Shown here one piece after another: positions 63,246 through 64,000 of a stretch of DNA of 64,000 nt. Each line of letters opens with the position of its first letter. Position 1 is the stretch's first letter. The stretch covers positions 1 to 64,000 of the forward strand of contig CAUYUJ010000112.1 in the NCBI GenBank assembly GCA_963575745.1, written 5' to 3'. A program made the position numbers and the translations under genes. The DNA comes from Prorocentrum cordatum (Eukaryota). The notes under the pieces are model-generated. The model was not told the DNA's origin and searched no databases. It was given only the letters and a program-made list of their open reading frames with translations.

Positions 63246-64000
63246 CTTCATAATCATCCATTCATCATCCATTTCGTTGTCCGTGCCTCTGTATGCTCAA
63301 CCCACTTTTCTGTTCTGTATATTGAATGCGCTGCTTCACCACGCCCCGCGGTGCTTCTCAGCCTGCCTAGTCATTTACGGTTCTTTCAGCCAACTAGCGA
63401 TGGTCAAGAAATTGGTTTTCAAAAAAAAATCTGTGACCAAAAGGTATCGACCCGCGCTGGTCCCTGGCATGGAGAAGAAAGACTTGGCCACTCCGAGGAG
63501 TGCAACTCTTCATTCGCTTCGCTCACTCCGCCGGCCCATGTTGTAGCATCGCTGGCGCTTGCTTCCGTACTCGGGCGCGGGCGTCTGAACGGCCTCCTCG
63601 GGCCGCTTCGGGGTTCTGAGGAGCTCCTTCGGAGCCTTCTGAGGGGTTCTGACGAGCCTCTGAGGGCCCTTCTGGGGAAACCTCTTCGGTCCTCCTGAGC
63701 CTCTGGGAAATCTCTTCGCCTTTCTTGGGACTCCCTGGCGGGCCTCGGGGCCGCGCCCAAAGGGAAAACCATTGTGGATTAACGCGCCTCAGCTCCATTT
63801 CGGCCAGCGAACTTCAGGTCGCCGCCGTGCTGCGAGGAGAACGGCAAGGCGCTCCGGGTGCAGACGTGGTTGCAAAGTTACGCTTCAGATGAATGTCATA
63901 TCTTCACTGTTAGTTGGTGCAAAAAACCCAACAAGCAGATATGAGCGCTTCTTGTACAATCATGCCCTTGTTCGCTGTCGCATTTGCAGTGCTCCTCAAT

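Overview
This is eukaryotic, GC-rich, repeat-dominated nuclear DNA, almost certainly from a dinoflagellate. A near-complete dinoflagellate spliced leader (DinoSL) relic lies at 42269-42289 (-), and the one reconstructable host gene uses GC-AG introns. Most ORFs in the supplied track are artefacts of microsatellites and satellites. Main contents: (1) a four-exon gene (18657-~25985, +) encoding a DUF3395-like domain fused to a rhamnan synthesis F (RgpF)-like domain; two of its introns are TIR-bounded repeats (introner-like) and the third holds a MITE interrupted by a full-length LINE; (2) that APE-RT LINE (20029-24487, -), with a 13-bp TSD and three spliced-leader relics at its 5' end; (3) a 5.6-kb Penelope-like retroelement (48850-54422, -) with an N-terminal GIY-YIG domain, an RT, a separate downstream ORF with a SAP-like end, and 385-bp direct repeats; (4) an SL-capped retrocopy of unknown function (~41170-42289, -); (5) five copies of a satellite-carrying element of up to ~1.7 kb with asymmetric inverted ends (Helentron/DINE-like); (6) decayed LINEs, several MITE and fold-back families, and many simple repeats. 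All domain calls come from motif recognition by eye; no database search was run.
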